From: Mobula hypostoma
Lineage: Eukaryota
DNA: 64,000 bases
Assembly (NCBI RefSeq): GCF_963921235.1
Contig: NC_086108.1
Location: 111,230,001-111,294,000, forward strand
Direction: 5' to 3'
Shown here: positions 39,401 to 54,400 of the stretch, one piece after another
Layout of the letters: every line of letters starts with the position of its first letter
Position numbering within the stretch: the stretch's first letter is position 1
Translations under genes and position numbers: made by a program
Notes under the pieces: generated by a model
Told to the model about the DNA's origin: nothing
The model's input: the letters and a program-made list of their open reading frames with translations, nothing else
Database searches by the model: none

Positions 39401-42400
39401 CATCAGCTAAACCTGTCAGAATTTCACAGTGCGATAAAATTCTCAGTGCATCAGCAAGAACCTGTCAGAAGGTCACAGTGCGCTAAAATTCTCAGCTCAT
39501 CAACTAAACCTGCCAGAATTTCACAGTGCTCTAAAATTCTCAGAACATCAGATAAACCTGTCAGAATTTCACAGTGTGCTAAAATTCTCACTGCATCAGC
39601 GAAACATGTCGGAATTTCACAGTGCGCTAAAATTCTCAGTGCATCAGCTGAACACGTCAAAATTTCACAGTGCGCAAAAATTCTCACTATATCAGCTAAA
39701 CAGTTCTGAATTCCAGAGTGTGCTATAATTCTCAGCGCATCAGCAGGAACCTATCCGAATTTCACAGTGCACTAAAATTCTCAGCTCATCAGCTAATCCC
39801 GTCAGAATTTCAGTGTTCTAAAGTTCTCAGTGCATCAGCTAAACACGTCTGATTTTCACAGTGCTCTAATATTCTCAGTGCATCAACTAAACCCGTCAGA
39901 ATTTCACAGTGCATTAAAATTCTCAGTGCATCAGCTAAACACTTCGGAATTTCACAGTGCGCTAAAATTCTCAGTGCATCCGTGAAATCCATCAGAATTT
40001 CACAGTGCTCTAAAATTCTCAGCGCATCAGCTAAAAATGTAGGAATTTCACAGTGTGCTAAAATTCTCAGTGCATCAGCTAAACCCGTCAGAATTTCACA
40101 GTGCGTTAAAATTCTCAGTGCATCAGCAGGAACCTGTCAGAATTTCACAGTGCGCTAAAATTCTCAGTGTATCAGCTAAACCCCGTCAGAATTTCACAGT
40201 GTGCTAAAATCTCAGTGCATCGGCTAAATACGTCAGAATTTCACAGTGTGCTAAAATTCTCAGCGCATCAGCTAAACGCTTCGGAATTTCACAGTGCGCT
40301 AAAATTCTCAGTGCATCCATGAAACCCATCAGAATTTCACAGTGCGCTAAAATTCTCAGTGCATCAGCAGGAACCTGTCAGAATTTCACAGTGCTCTAAA
40401 ATTCTCATCACATCAGCTAAACCAGTCAGAATTTCACAGTGCTCTAAAATACTCAGTGCATCAGCTAAACACGTCTGATTTTAACATTGCTCTAATATTC
40501 TCAGTGCATCAACTAAACCCGTCAGAATTTCATAGTGCGTTAAAATTCTCAGTGCATCAGGTAAACACGTCTGAATTTCACAGTGTGCTAAAATTCTCAA
40601 CGCATCAGCTAAACACGTCGGAATTTCACAGTGCGCTAAAATTCTCAGCGCATCCGTGAAATCCATCAGAATTTCACAGTGCGCTAAAATTCTCAATGCA
40701 TCAGCAGGAACCTGTCAGAATTTCACAGTGCTCTAAAATTCTCAGCTCATCAGCTAAACACGTCTGAATTTCACAGTGCTCTAATATTCTCAGTGCATCA
40801 ACTAAACCCGTCAGAATTTCACAGTGCGTTAAAATTCTCAGCGCATCAGCTAAACACGTCTGAATTTCACAGTGCGCTAAAATTCTCAGTGCATCAGCTA
40901 AACACGTCGGAATTTCACAGTGCACTAAAATTCTCAGCACATCAGCTAAACGCGTCAGATTTTCACAGCGTGCTAAAATTCTCAGCTCATCAGCCAAACC
41001 CGTCAGAATTTCACAGTGCGCTAAAATTCTCAGTGCATCAGCTAAACACGTCAGAAGTCACATTGCACTAAAATTCTCAGTGCATCAGCTAAAGAAGTCG
41101 GAATTTCACAATGCTCTAAAATTCTCAGCGCATCATCTAAACATGTCAGAATTCACAATGCACTAAAATTCTCAGTACATCAGCTAAACACGTCGGAATT
41201 TCACAGTGCTCTAAAATTCTCAGTGCATCAGCTAAACCTGTCAGAATTTCACAGTGTGCTAAAATTCTCAGTGCATCAGCTAAACCCGTCAGAATTTCAC
41301 AGTGCTCTAAAATTCTCAGTGCATCAGCTAAACACGTCAGAATTTCACAGTGCGCTAAAATTCTCAGTGCATCAGCTAAACATGTCAGAATTTCACAGTG
41401 CGCTAAAATTCTCAGCGCATCAGCTAAACCCGTCAGAATTTCACAGTGCTCTAAAATACTCAGTGCATCAGCTAAACACGTTGGAATTTCACACTGCGCT
41501 AAAATTATCACTGCATCAGCTAAGCCCGTGAGAACTTCACAGTGCTCTAAAATTCTCTGCACATCAGCTAAACCTGTCAGAATTTCACAGTGTGCTAAAA
41601 TTCTCAGTGCATCAGCTAAACATGTAGGAATTTCACAGAGCGCTAAAATTCTCAGCTCATCAGCCAAAGCCGTCAGAATTTCACAGTGCGCTAAAATGCT
41701 CAGTGCATCAGCTAAACATGTCTCAATTTCACAGTGCTCTAAAATTCTCAACGCATCATCTAAACAAGTTAGAATTCACAGTGCACTAAAATTCTCAGTG
41801 CATCAGCTAAACCGGTCAGAATTTCACAGTGCGATAAAATTCTCAGTGCATCAGCTAAACATGTCGTAATTACACAGTGTGCTAAAATTCTCAGTGCATC
41901 AGCTAAACCCGTCAGAATTTCACAGTGCGCTAAAATTCTCAGTGCATCAGCTAAACCCGTGAGAATTTCAGTGCTCTAAAATTCTCTGCACATCAGCTAA
42001 ACCTGTCAGAATTTCACAGTGCGATAAAATTCTCAGTGCATCAGCAAGAACCTGTCAGAATTTCACAGTGTGCTAAAATTCTCAGCACATCAGCTAAACC
42101 TGTCAGAATTTCACAGTGCGATAAAATTCTCAGTGCATCAGCAAGAACCTGTCAGAATTTCACAGTGTGCTAAAATTCTCACTGCATCAGCTAAACATGT
42201 CGGAATTTCACAGTGCGCTAAAATTCTCAGTGCATCAGCTAAACACGTCAAAATTTCACAGTGCGCAAAAATTCTCACTATGTCAGCTAAACAGTTCTGA
42301 ATTCCAGAGTGCGCTATAATTCTCAGCGCATCAGCAGGAACCTATCCGAATTTCACAGTGCACTAAAATTCTCAGCTCATCAGCTAATCCCGTCAGAATT

Positions 42401-45400
42401 TCACAGTGCACTAAAATTCTCAGTGCATCAGCTAAACACGTCTGATTTTCACAGTGCTCTAATATTCTCAGTGCATCAACTAAACCCGTCAGAATTTCAC
42501 AGTGCGTTAAAATTCTCAGTGCATCAGCTAAACACGTCGGAATTTCACAGTGCGCTAAAATTCTCAGTGCATCCGTGAAATCCATCAGAATTTCACAGTG
42601 CTCTAAAATTCTCAGCGCATCAGATAAAAATGTAGGAATTTCACAGTGCACTAAAATTCTCAGTGCATCAGCTAAACCCGTCAGAATTTCACAGTGCGCT
42701 AAAATTCTCAGTGCATCAGCTAAACCCATCATAATTTCACAGTGCGCTAAAATTCTCAGTGTATCAGCTAAACCCCGTCAGAATTTCACAGTGTGCTAAA
42801 TTCTCAGTGCATCGGCTAAACACGTCAGAATTTCACAGTGTGCTAAAATTCTCAGCGCATCAGCTAAACGCGTCGGAATTTCACAGTGCGCTAAAATTCT
42901 CAGCGCATCAGTGAAATCCATCAGAATTTCACAGTGCGCTAAAATTCTCAGTGCATCAGCAGGAACCTGTCAGAATTTCACAGTGCTCTAAAATTCTCAG
43001 CGCATCAGATAAAGACGTAGGAATTTCACAGTGCACTAAAATTCTCAGTGCATCAGCTAAACACGTCTGATTTTCACAGTGCTCTAATATTCTCAGTGCA
43101 TCAACTAAACCCGTCAGAATTTCACAGTGCGTTAAAATTCTCAGTGCATCAGCTAAACACGTCTGAATTTCACAGTGTGCTAAAATTCTCAGCGCATCAG
43201 CTAAACACGTCGGAATTTCACAGTGCGCTAAAATTCTCAGTGCATCAGTGAAATCCATCAGAATTTCAGAGTGCGCTAAAATTCTCAGTGCATCAGCAGG
43301 AACCTGTCAGAATTTCACAGTGCTCTAAAATTCTCAGCGCATCAGATAAAGACGTAGGAATTTCACAGTGCACTAAAATTCTCAGTGCATCAGCTAAACC
43401 CGTCATAATTTCACAGTGCGCTAAAATTCTCAGTGTATCAGCTAAACACCTCAGAGTTTCACAGTGCGCTAAAATTCTCAGTGCATCAGCTAAAGACGTC
43501 GGAATTTCACAGTGCTCTAAAATTCTCTGCACATCAGCTAAACCTGTCAGATTTTCACAGCGTGCTAAAATTCTCAGCTCATCAGCCAAACCCGTCAGAA
43601 TTTCACAGTGCGCTAAAATTCTCAGTGCATCAGCTAAACACGTCAGAAGTCACATTGCACTAAAATTCTCAGTGCATCAGCTAAAGAAGTCGGAATTTCA
43701 CAATGCTCTAAAATTCTCAGCGCATCATCTAAACACGTAGGAATTTCACAGTGCACTAAAATTCTCAGTGCATCAGCTAAACACGTCGGAATTTCACAGT
43801 GCGCCTAAATTCTCAGTGCATCAGCTAAACACGTCAGAATCTCACAGTGTTCTAAAATTCTCAGTGCATCAGCTTAACACGTCAGAATTCACAGTGTGCT
43901 AAAATTCTCACTGCATCACCTAAACACGTCAGAATTTCACAGTGCGCTAAAATTCTCAGCGCATCAGCTAAACACGTCGGAATTTCACAGTGCGCTAAAA
44001 TTCTCAGTGCATCAGCAGGAACCTGTCAGAATTTCACAGTGCTCTAAAATTCTCAGTGCATCAGCTAAACACGTTGGAATTTCACACTGCGCTAAAATTC
44101 TCACTGCATCAGCTAAACCCGTGAGAATTGCGCAGTCCTCTAAAATTCTCAGCACATCAGCTAAATCTGTCAGAATTTCACAGTGCGCTAAAATTCTCAG
44201 TGCATCAGCTAAACATGTCAGAATTTCACAGTGTGCTAAAATTCTCAGTTCATCAGCTAAACCCGTCAGAATTTCAGAGTGCGCTAAAATTCTCAGTGCA
44301 TCAGCTAAACAAGTCTGAATTTCACAGTGCTCTAAAATTCTCAGTGCATCAGCTAAACACGTCAGAATTTCACAGTGCACTAAAATTCTCAGTGCATCAG
44401 CTAAACCTGTCAGAATTTCACAGTGCGATAAAATTCTCAGTGCATCAGCTAAACACTTCGGAATTTCACAGTGCGCTAAAATTCTCAGTGCATCAGCTAA
44501 ACACGTCAGAATTTCACAGTGCACTAAAATTCTCAGCACATCTGCTAAACCTGTCAGAATTTCACAGTGCTCTAAAATGCTCAGCACAACAACAAAACAC
44601 GTCAGGATTTCAGAGTGTGCCAAAATTCTCAGTTCATCAGCTAAACATGTCGGAATTTCACAGTGTGCTATAATTCTCAGCTCATCAGCTAAACCCGTCA
44701 GAATTTCACAGTGCGCTAAAATGCTCAGTGCATCAGCTAAACATGTCTCAATTTCACAGTGCTCTAAAATTCTCAACGCATCATCTAAACAAGTTAGAAT
44801 TCACAGTGCACTAAAATTCTCAGTGCATAAGCTAAACCGGTCAGAATTTCACAGTGCGATAAAATTCTCAGTGCATCAGCTAAACATGTCGTAATTACAC
44901 AGTGCGCTAAAATTCTCAGTGCATCAGCTAAACCCGTCAGAATTTCACAGAGCGCTAAAATTCTCAGTGCATCAGCTAAACACGTCAGAATTTCACAGTG
45001 CTCTAAAATTCTCAGCACCTCAGCTAAACCTGTCAGAATTTCACAGTGCGATAAAATTCTCAGTGCATCAGCAAGAACCTGTCAGAAGGTCACAGTGCGC
45101 TAAAATTCTCAGCTCATCAACTAAACCTGCCAGAATTTCACAGTGCACTAAAATTCTCAGCACATCAGCTAAACACGTCAGAATTTCACAGTGCTCTAAA
45201 ATTCTCAGTGCATCAGCTACACCTGCCAGAATTTCACAGCGCGCTAAAATTCTCAGTGCATCAGCTAAACACGTCAAAATTTCACAGTGCGCTAAAATTC
45301 TCACTATGTCAGCTAAACAGTTCTGAATTCCAGAGTGCGCTATAATTCTCAGCGCGTCAGCAGGAACCTATCCGAATTTCACAGTGCACTAAATTTCTCA

Positions 45401-48400
45401 GCTCATCAGCTAATCCCGTCAGAATTTCACAGTATTCTAAAATTCTCAGTGCATCAGCTAAACACGTCTGATTTTCACAGTGCTCTAATATTCTCAGTGC
45501 ATCAACGAAACCCGTCAGAATTTCACAGTGCATTAAAATTCTCAGCGCATCAGCTAAACACGTCGGAATTTCACTGTGCACTAAAATTCTCCGTGCATCC
45601 GCTAAACCCATCAGAATTTCACAGTGCTCTAAAATTCTCAGCGCATCAGCTAAACACGTAGGAATTTCACAGTGTGCTAAAATTCTCAGTGCATCAGCTA
45701 AACCCGTCAGAATTTCACAGTGCGCTAAAATTCTCAGTGCATCAGCAGGAACCTGTCAGAATTTCACAGTGCTCTAAAATTCTCAGTGTATCAGCTAAAC
45801 CCCGTCAGAATTTCACAGTGTGCTAAATTCTCAGTGCATCAGCGAAACCCGTCAGAATGTCACAGTGCGGTAAAACTCTCAGCGCATCAGCTAAATACGT
45901 TGGAATTTCACAGTGCTCTAAAATTCTTAGCGCATCCGTGAAACCCATCAGAATTTCACAGTGCGCTAAAATTCTCAGTGCATCAGCAGGAACCTGTCAG
46001 AATTTCACAGTGCTCTAAAATTCTCAGCACATCAGCTAAAGACGTCAGAATTTCACAGTGCGCTAAAATTCTCAGTGCATCAGCTAAACACGTCTGAATT
46101 TCACAGTGCTCTAAAATTCTCAGTGCATCAGCTAAACCCGTCAGAATTTCACAGTGCGCTAAAATTCTCAGTGCATCAGCTAAACACGTCTGAATTTCAC
46201 AGTGTGCTAAAATTCTCAGCGCATCAGCTAAACACGTCGGAATTTCACAGTGCGCTAAAATTCTCAGTGCATCAGTGAAATCCATCAGAATTTCAGAGTG
46301 CGCTAAAATTCTCAGTGCATCAGCTAAACCTGTGAGAATTTCATACTTCTCTAAAATTCTCAGCGCATCAGCTAAACCTGTCAGAATTTCACAGTGAGCC
46401 TAAATTCTCAGTGCATCAGCTAAACACGTCAGAATTTCACAGTGCGCTAAAATTCTCAGTGCATCAGCTAAACACGTCTGAATTTCACAGTGCTCTAAAA
46501 TTCTCAGTGCATCAGCTAAACCCGTCAGAATTTCACAGTGCGTTAAAATTCTCAGTGCATCAGCTAAACCCCTCAGAGTTTCATAATGCGCTAAAATTCT
46601 CAGTGCATCAGCTAAACACGTCAGAATTTCACAGTGCGCTAAAATTCTCAGCACATCAGCTAAACCTGTCAGAATTTCACAGTGTGCTAAAATTCTCAGC
46701 TCATCAGCTAAACCCGCCAGAATTTCACAGTGCGCTAAAATTCTCAGTGCATCAGCTAAACACGTCTGAATTTCAGTGCGCTAAAATTCTCAGTGCATCA
46801 GCTAAACACGTCGGAATTTCACAGTGCTCTAAAATTCTCAGCGCATCAGCTAAACACATCAGAATTTCACAGTGTGCTAAAATTCTCACTGCATCACCTA
46901 AACACGTCAGAATTTCAGTGCGCTAAAATTCTCAGTGCATCAGCTAAACCCATCAGAATTTCACAGTGCTCTAAAATTCTCAGTGCATCAGCTAAACGCG
47001 TCAGAATTTCACAGTGTGCTAAAATTCTCAGTGCATCAGCTAAACCCGTCAGAATTTCACAGTGCGCTAAAATTCTCAGTCCATCAGCTAAACATGTCGG
47101 AATTTCACAGTGCGCTAAAATTCTCAGCGCATCAGCAGGAACCTGTCAGAATTTCACAGTGCGCTAAAATTCTCAGTGCATCAGCTAAACACGTTGGAAT
47201 TTCACAGTGCGCTAAAATTCTCACTGCATCAGCTAAACACGTCAGAATTTCACAGTGCACTAAAATTCTCAGCACATCTGCTAAACCTGTCAGAATTTCA
47301 CAGTGTGCTAAAATTCTCAGTGCATCAGCTAAACATGTCGGAATTTCACAGTGTGCTATAATTCTCAGCTCATCAGCTAAACCCGCCAGAATTTCACGGT
47401 ACGCTAAAATTCTTAGTGCATCAGCTAAACAAGTCTGAATTTCACAGTGCTCTAAAATTCTCAGTGCATCAGCTAAACACGTCAGAATTCACAGTGCACT
47501 AAAATTCTCAGTGCATCAGCTAAACCTGTCAGAATTTCACAGTGCGATAAAATTCTCAGTGCATCAGCTAAACATGTCGTAATTTCACAGTGCGCTAAAA
47601 TTCTCAGTGCATCAGCTAAACCCGTCAGAATTTCACAGTGCGCTAAAATTCTCAGTGCATCAGCTAAACCCGTCAGAATTTCACAGTGCTCTAAAATTCT
47701 CAGCACATCAGCTAAACCTGTCAGAATTTCACAGTGCGCTAAAATTCTCAGCTCATCAGCTAAACCTGTCAGAATTTCACAGTGCGCTAAAATTCTCAGC
47801 TCATCAGCTAAATCTGTCAGAATTTCACAGTGCTCTAAAATTCTCAGCACATCAGCTAAACCTGTCAGAATTTCACAGTGTGCTAAAATTCTCAGTGCAT
47901 CAGCTAAACCTGCCAGAATTTCACAGCGCGCTAAAATTCTCAGTGCATCAGCTAAACACGTCAAAATTTCACAGTGCGCTAAAATTCTCACTATGTCAGC
48001 TAAACAGTTCTGAATTCCAGAGTGCGCTATAATTCTCAGCGCGTCAGCAGGAACCTATCCGAATTTCACAGTGCACTAAATTTCTCAGCTCATCAGCTAA
48101 TCCCGTCAGAATTTCACAGTATTCTAAAATTCTCAGTGCATCAGCTAAACACGTCTGATTTTCACAGTGCTCTAATATTCTCAGTGCATCAACGAAACCC
48201 GTCAGAATTTCACAGTGCATTAAAATTCTCAGCGCATCAGCTAAACACGTCGGAATTTCACTGTGCACTAAAATTCTCCGTGCATCCGCTAAACCCATCA
48301 GAATTTCACAGTGCACTAAAATTCTCAGCGCATCAGCTAAACACGTCAGAATTTCACAGTGTGCTAAAATTCTCAGTGTATCAGCTAAACCTGTGAGAAT

Positions 48401-51400
48401 TTCACAGTGCTCTAAAATTCTCAGTGCATCAGCTAAACCTGTCAGAATTTCACAGTGCGCTAAAATTCTCAGTGCATCAACGAAACCCGTCAGAATTTCA
48501 CAGTGCATTAAAATTCTCAGCGCATCAGCTAAACACGTCGGAATTTCACTGTGCACTAAAATTCTCCGTGCATCCGCTAAACCCATCAGAATTTCACAGT
48601 GCATTAAAATTCACAGCGCATCAGCAGGAACCTGTCAGAAATTCACAGTGTGCTAAATTCTCAGTGCATCAGCTAAACACGTCAAAATTTCACAGTGCGC
48701 AAAAATTCTCACTATATCGGCTAAACAGTTCTGAATTCCAGAGTGTGCTATAATTCACAGCGCATCAGCAGGAACCTGTCAGAATTTCACAGTGCGTGAA
48801 AGTTCTCAGCTCATCAGCTAAACTCCTCTGAATTTCACAGTGCACTAAAATTGTCAGTGCATCAGCTAAACACGTCAGAATTTCACAGTGCTCTAAAATT
48901 CTCATCACATCAGCTAAACCAGTCAGAATTTCACAGTGCGCAAAAATTCTCAATATATCAGCTAAACAGTTCTGAATTTCACAGTACGCTATAATTCTCA
49001 GCACATCAGCAGGAACCTGTCAGAATTTCACAGTGCGTTAAAATTCTTAGCTCATCAGCTAAACTTCTCTGAATTACACATTGCGCTAAAATTGTCAGTG
49101 CATCAGCTAAACACGTCAGAATTTCACAGTGCGCTAAAATTCTCAGCACATCAGCTAAACCTGTCAGAATTTCACAGTGCGCTAAAATTCTCAGCTCATC
49201 AGCTAAATCTGTCAGAATTTCACAGTGCGCTAAAATTCTCAGTGCATCAGCGAAAGCCATCAGAATTTCACAGTGCTCTAAAATTCTCAGTGCATCAGCT
49301 AAACATGTCGGAATTTCACAGTGCGCTAAAATAATCAGTGCATCAGCTAAACATGTCAAAATTTCACAGTGCTTTAAAATTCTCAGTCCATCAGCTTGAA
49401 CCTGTCAGAACTTCACAGTGCTCTGAAATTCTCAGCACATCAGCTAAACCTGTCAGAATTTCACAGTGCTCTAAAATTGTCAGTGCATCAGCTAAACCCG
49501 ATAGAATTTCACAGTGCTCTAAAATTCTCACTGCATCAGCTAAACCCATCAGAATTTCACAGTGCGCTAAAATTCTCAATACGTTAGTTAAACCCGTCAT
49601 AATTGCACAGTGCGCCTAAATTCTCAGTGCATCAGCTAAACAGGTTGGAATTTCACAGAGCGATAAAATTCTCAGTGCATCAGCAAGAACCTGTCAGAAG
49701 GTCACAGTGCACTAAAATTCTCAGCTCATCAGCTAACCCCGTCAGAATTTCACAGTGTGCTAAAATTCTCAGCTCATCAGCTAAACCTGCCAGAATTTCA
49801 CAGCGCGCTAAAATTCTCAGTGCATCAGCTAAACACGTCAAAATTTCACAGTGCGCTAAAATTCTCAGCTATATCGGCTAAACAGTTCTGAATTCCAGGG
49901 TGTGCTATAATTCACAGCGCATCAGCAGGAACCTGTCAGAATTTCACAGTGCGTGAAAATTCTCAGCTCATCAGCTAAACTCCTCTGAATTTCACAGTGC
50001 ACTAAAATTGTCAGTGCATCAGCTAAACACGTCAGAATTTCACAGTGCTCTAAAATTCTCATCACATCAGCTAAACCAGTCAGAATTTCACAGTGCGCTG
50101 AAATTATCAGTGCATCAACTAAACCCGTCAGAATTTCAGTGCTCTAAAATTCTCAGTGCATCAGCTAAACACGTCAAAATTTCACAGTGCGCTAAAATTC
50201 TCACTATGTCAGCTAAACAGTTCTGAATTCCAGAGTGCGCTATAATTCTCAGCGCGTCAGCAGGAACCTATCCGAATTTCACAGTGCACTAAATTTCTCA
50301 GCTCATCAGCTAATCCCGTCAGAATTTCACAGTATTCTAAAATTCTCAGTGTATCAGCTAAACCCATCAGAATGTCACAGTGCGGTAAAACTCTCAGCGC
50401 ATCAGTGAAATCCATCAGAATTTCAGAATGTGCTAAAATTCTCAGTGCGTCAGCTAAACCTGTGAGAATTTCATACTTCTCTAAAATTCTCAGCACAGCA
50501 GCAAAACCTGTCAGAATTTCACAGTGCGCTAAAATTCTCAGTGCATCAGCAGGAACCTGTCAGAATTTCACAGTGCGCTAAAATTCTCAGTGCATCAGCA
50601 TAAACCTGTCAGAATTTCACAGTGCTCTAAAATTCTCAGTGCATCAGCTAAACCCGTCAGAATTTCACAGTGCTCTAAAATTCTCAGAGCATCAGCTGAA
50701 CTCCTCTGAATTTAACAGTGCGCTAAAATTCTCAGTTCATCAGCTAAACCCGTCAGAAATTCACGGTGCTCTAAATTTCTCAGTGCATCAGCTAAACCCG
50801 TCAGAATTCACAGTGCACTAAAATTCTCAGCGCATCAGCTAAACACGTCAGAATTTCACAGTATGCTAAAATTCTCACTGCATCAGCTAAACACGTCAGA
50901 ATTTCAGAGTGCGCTAAAATTCTCAGCTCATCAGCTAAACCTGTCAGAATTTCACAGTGCGCTAAAATTATCAGTGCATCAGATAAACCCTTCAGAATTT
51001 CACAGTGTGCTAAAATTCTCAGTGCATCAGCTAAACACGTCAGAATTGCACAGTGCTCTAAAATTCTCAGCACATCAGCTAAACCTGTCAGAATTTCACA
51101 TTGTGCTAAAATTCTCAGTGCATCAGCTAAACAGGTCGGAATTTCACAGTGCGCTAAAATTCTCAGCGCATCAGCAAGAACCTGTCAGAAGGTTACAGTG
51201 CACTAAAATTCTCAGCTCATCAGCTAAACCCGTCAGAATTTCACAGTGTGCTATAATTTCAGCTCATCAGCTAAACCTGTCAGAATTTCCAGTGGGCTAA
51301 AATTCTCAGCACATCAGCAAGAACCTGTCAGAATTTCACAGTGTGCTAAAATTCTCAGTGCATCAGCTAAACACGTCAGAATTTCACAGTGCGCTAAAAT

Positions 51401-54400
51401 TCTCAGCTCATCAGCTAAATCTGTCAGAATTTCACAGTGCGCTAAAATTATCAGTGCATCAGATAAACCCTTCAGAATTTCACAGTGTGCTAAAATTCTC
51501 AGTGCATCAGCTAAAGACGTCGGAATTGCACAGTGCTCTAAAATGCTCAGCACATCAGCTAAACGTGTCAGAATTTCACATTGTGCTAAAATTCTCAGTG
51601 CATCAGCTAAACAGGTCGGAATTTCACAGTGCGCTAAAATTCTCAGCGCATCAGCAAGAACCTGTCAGAAGGTCACAGTGCACTAAAATTCTCAGCTCAT
51701 CAGCTAAACCCGTCAGAATTTCACAATTGCTAAAATTCTCAGCTCATCAGCTAAACCTGTCAGAATTTCACAGTGCGCTAAAATTATAAGTGCATCAGAT
51801 AAACCCTTCAGAATTTAACAGTGTGCTAAAATTCTCAGCGCATCAGTTAAACACGTCAGAATTTCACATTGCTCTAAAATTCTCAACACATCAGCTAAAC
51901 CTGTCAGAATTTCACAGTGCGCTAATATTCTCAGTTCATCAGCTAAACCTGTCAGAAGGTCACAGTGCACTAAAATACTCAGCTCATCAGCTAAACCCGT
52001 CAGAATTTCACAGTGCTCTAAAATTCTCAGAGCATCAGCTAAACTCCTCTGAATTTAACAGTGCGCTAAAATTCTCAGTGCATCAGCTAAAGACGTCGGA
52101 ATTTCACAGTGCTCTAAAATGCTCAGCACAACAGCTAAACGTGTCAGAATTTCACATTGCGCTAAAATTCTCAGTGCATCAGCTAAACCTGTCAGAATTT
52201 CACAGTGCGCTAAAATTCTGAGCACATCAGCAAGAACCTGTGAGAATTTCACAGTGCGCTAAAATTCTCAGTTCATCAGCTAAACCTGTCAGAAGGTCAC
52301 AGTGCACTAAAATTTTCAGCTCATCAGCTAAACCCGTCAGAATTTCACAGTGCTCTAAAATTCTCAGTGCATCAGCTAAACTCGTCAGAATTCACAGTGC
52401 ACTAAAATTCTCAGCACATCTGCTAAACCTGTCAGAATTTCACAGTGCTCTAAAATTCTCAGCGCATCAGCTAAACCCGTCAGAATTTCACAGTGTGCTA
52501 AAATTCTCAGCTCATCAGCTAAACCTGTCAGAATTTCACAGTGCGCTAAAATTCTCAGTGCATCAGCTAAACCCGTGAGAATTTCACAGTGCTCTAAAAT
52601 TCTCAGCACATCAGCTAAACCTGTCAGAATTTCACAGTGCGCTAAAATTCTCAGTGCATCAGCTAAACCTGTCAGAATTTCACAGTGCTCTAAAATTCTC
52701 AGCACATCAGCTAAACCTGTCAGAATTTCACAGTGCTCTAAAATTCTCAGTGCATCAGCTAAACACGTCAGAATTTCACAGTGCGCTAAAATTCTCAGTG
52801 CATCAGCTAAACATGTCGGAATTTCACAGTGCTCTAAAATTCTCAGTGCATCAACTAAACCCGTCAGAATTTCACAGTGCGTTAAAATTCTCAGTGCATC
52901 AGATAAACCCTTCAGAATTTCACAGTGTGCTAAAATTCTCAGCACATCAGCAAGAATCTGTGAGAAGGTCACAGTGCACTAAAATTCTCAGCTCATCAGC
53001 TAAACCCGTCAGAATTTCACAGTGCGCTAAAATTATTAGTGCATCAGATAAACCCTTCTAATTTCACAGTGCTCTAAAATTCTCAGCACATCTGCTAAAC
53101 CTGTCAGAATTTCACAGTGAGCCTAAGTTAGTGCATCAGCTAAACACATCGGAATTTCACAGTGCTCTAAAATTCTCAGTGCATCAGCTAAACACGTCAG
53201 AATTTCACAGTGTGCTGAAATTCTCAGTGTATCAGCTAAATTGTCAGAATCTCACAGTGCGCTAAAATTCTCTGTGCATCAGCTTAACAGGTCTGAATTT
53301 CACAGTGCGCTATAATTCTCAGCTCATCAGCTAAACCCGTCAGAATTTCACAGTGCGCTAAAATTCTCAGTGCATCAGCTAAACATGTCAGAATTTCACT
53401 GTGTGCTAAAATTCTCAGTTCATCAGCTAAACCCGTCAGAATTTCAGAGTGCGCTAAAATTCTCAGTGCATCAGCTAAACACGTCAGAATTTCACAGTGC
53501 TCTAAAATTCTCAGTGCATCAGCTAAACACGTCGGAATTTCACAGTGCTCTAAAATTCTCAGTGCATCAGCTAAACCCGTCAGAATTTCACAGTGCTCTA
53601 AAATTCTCAGTGCATCAGCTAAACACGTCAGAATTTCACAGTGTGCTAAAATTCTCAGTGCATCAGCTAAACACGTCAGAATTTCACAGTGCGCTAAAAT
53701 TCTCAGTGCATCAGCTAAACACGTCAGAATTTCAGAGTGCGCTAAAATTCTCAGTGCATCAGCTAAACAAGTCAGAATTTCACAGTGCTCTAAAATTCTC
53801 AGTGCATCAGCTAAACCCCTCAGAGTTTCATAATGCGCTAAAATTCTCAGTGCGTCAGCTAAACACGTCAGAATTCACAGTGCACTAAAATTCTCAGCAC
53901 ATCTGCTAAACCTGTCAGAATTTCACAGTGAGCCTAAATTCTCAGTGCATCAGCTAAACACATCAGAATTTCACAGTGCTCTAAAATTCTCAGTGCATCA
54001 GCTAAACACGTCTGAATTTCACAGTGTGCTAAAATTCTCAGTGCATCAGCTAAACACGTCAGAATTTCACAGTGCGCTAAAATTCTCAGTGCATCAGCAG
54101 GAACCTGTCAGAATTTCACAGTGCTCTAAAATTCTCAGCTCATCAGCTAAACCCATCAGAATTTCACAATGCGCTAAAGTTATTAGTGCATCAGATAAAC
54201 CCTTCAGAATTTCACAGTGTGCTAAAATTCTCAGCTCATCAGCTAAATCTGTCAGAATTTCACAGTGCGCTAAAATTATCAGTGCATCAGATAAACCCTT
54301 CAGAATTTCACAGTGTGCTAAAATTCTCAGCGCATCAGCTAAACACGTCAGAATTTCACATTGCTCTAAAATTCTCAACACATCAGCTAAACCTGTCAGA

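Noticed and set aside
29408..42278. A ~5.14-kb super-HOR suggested by alternating 54/53-monomer spacing
   Set aside because: The missing monomer is at different positions in the two short units (~34270 versus ~38650), so these look like independent deletions.
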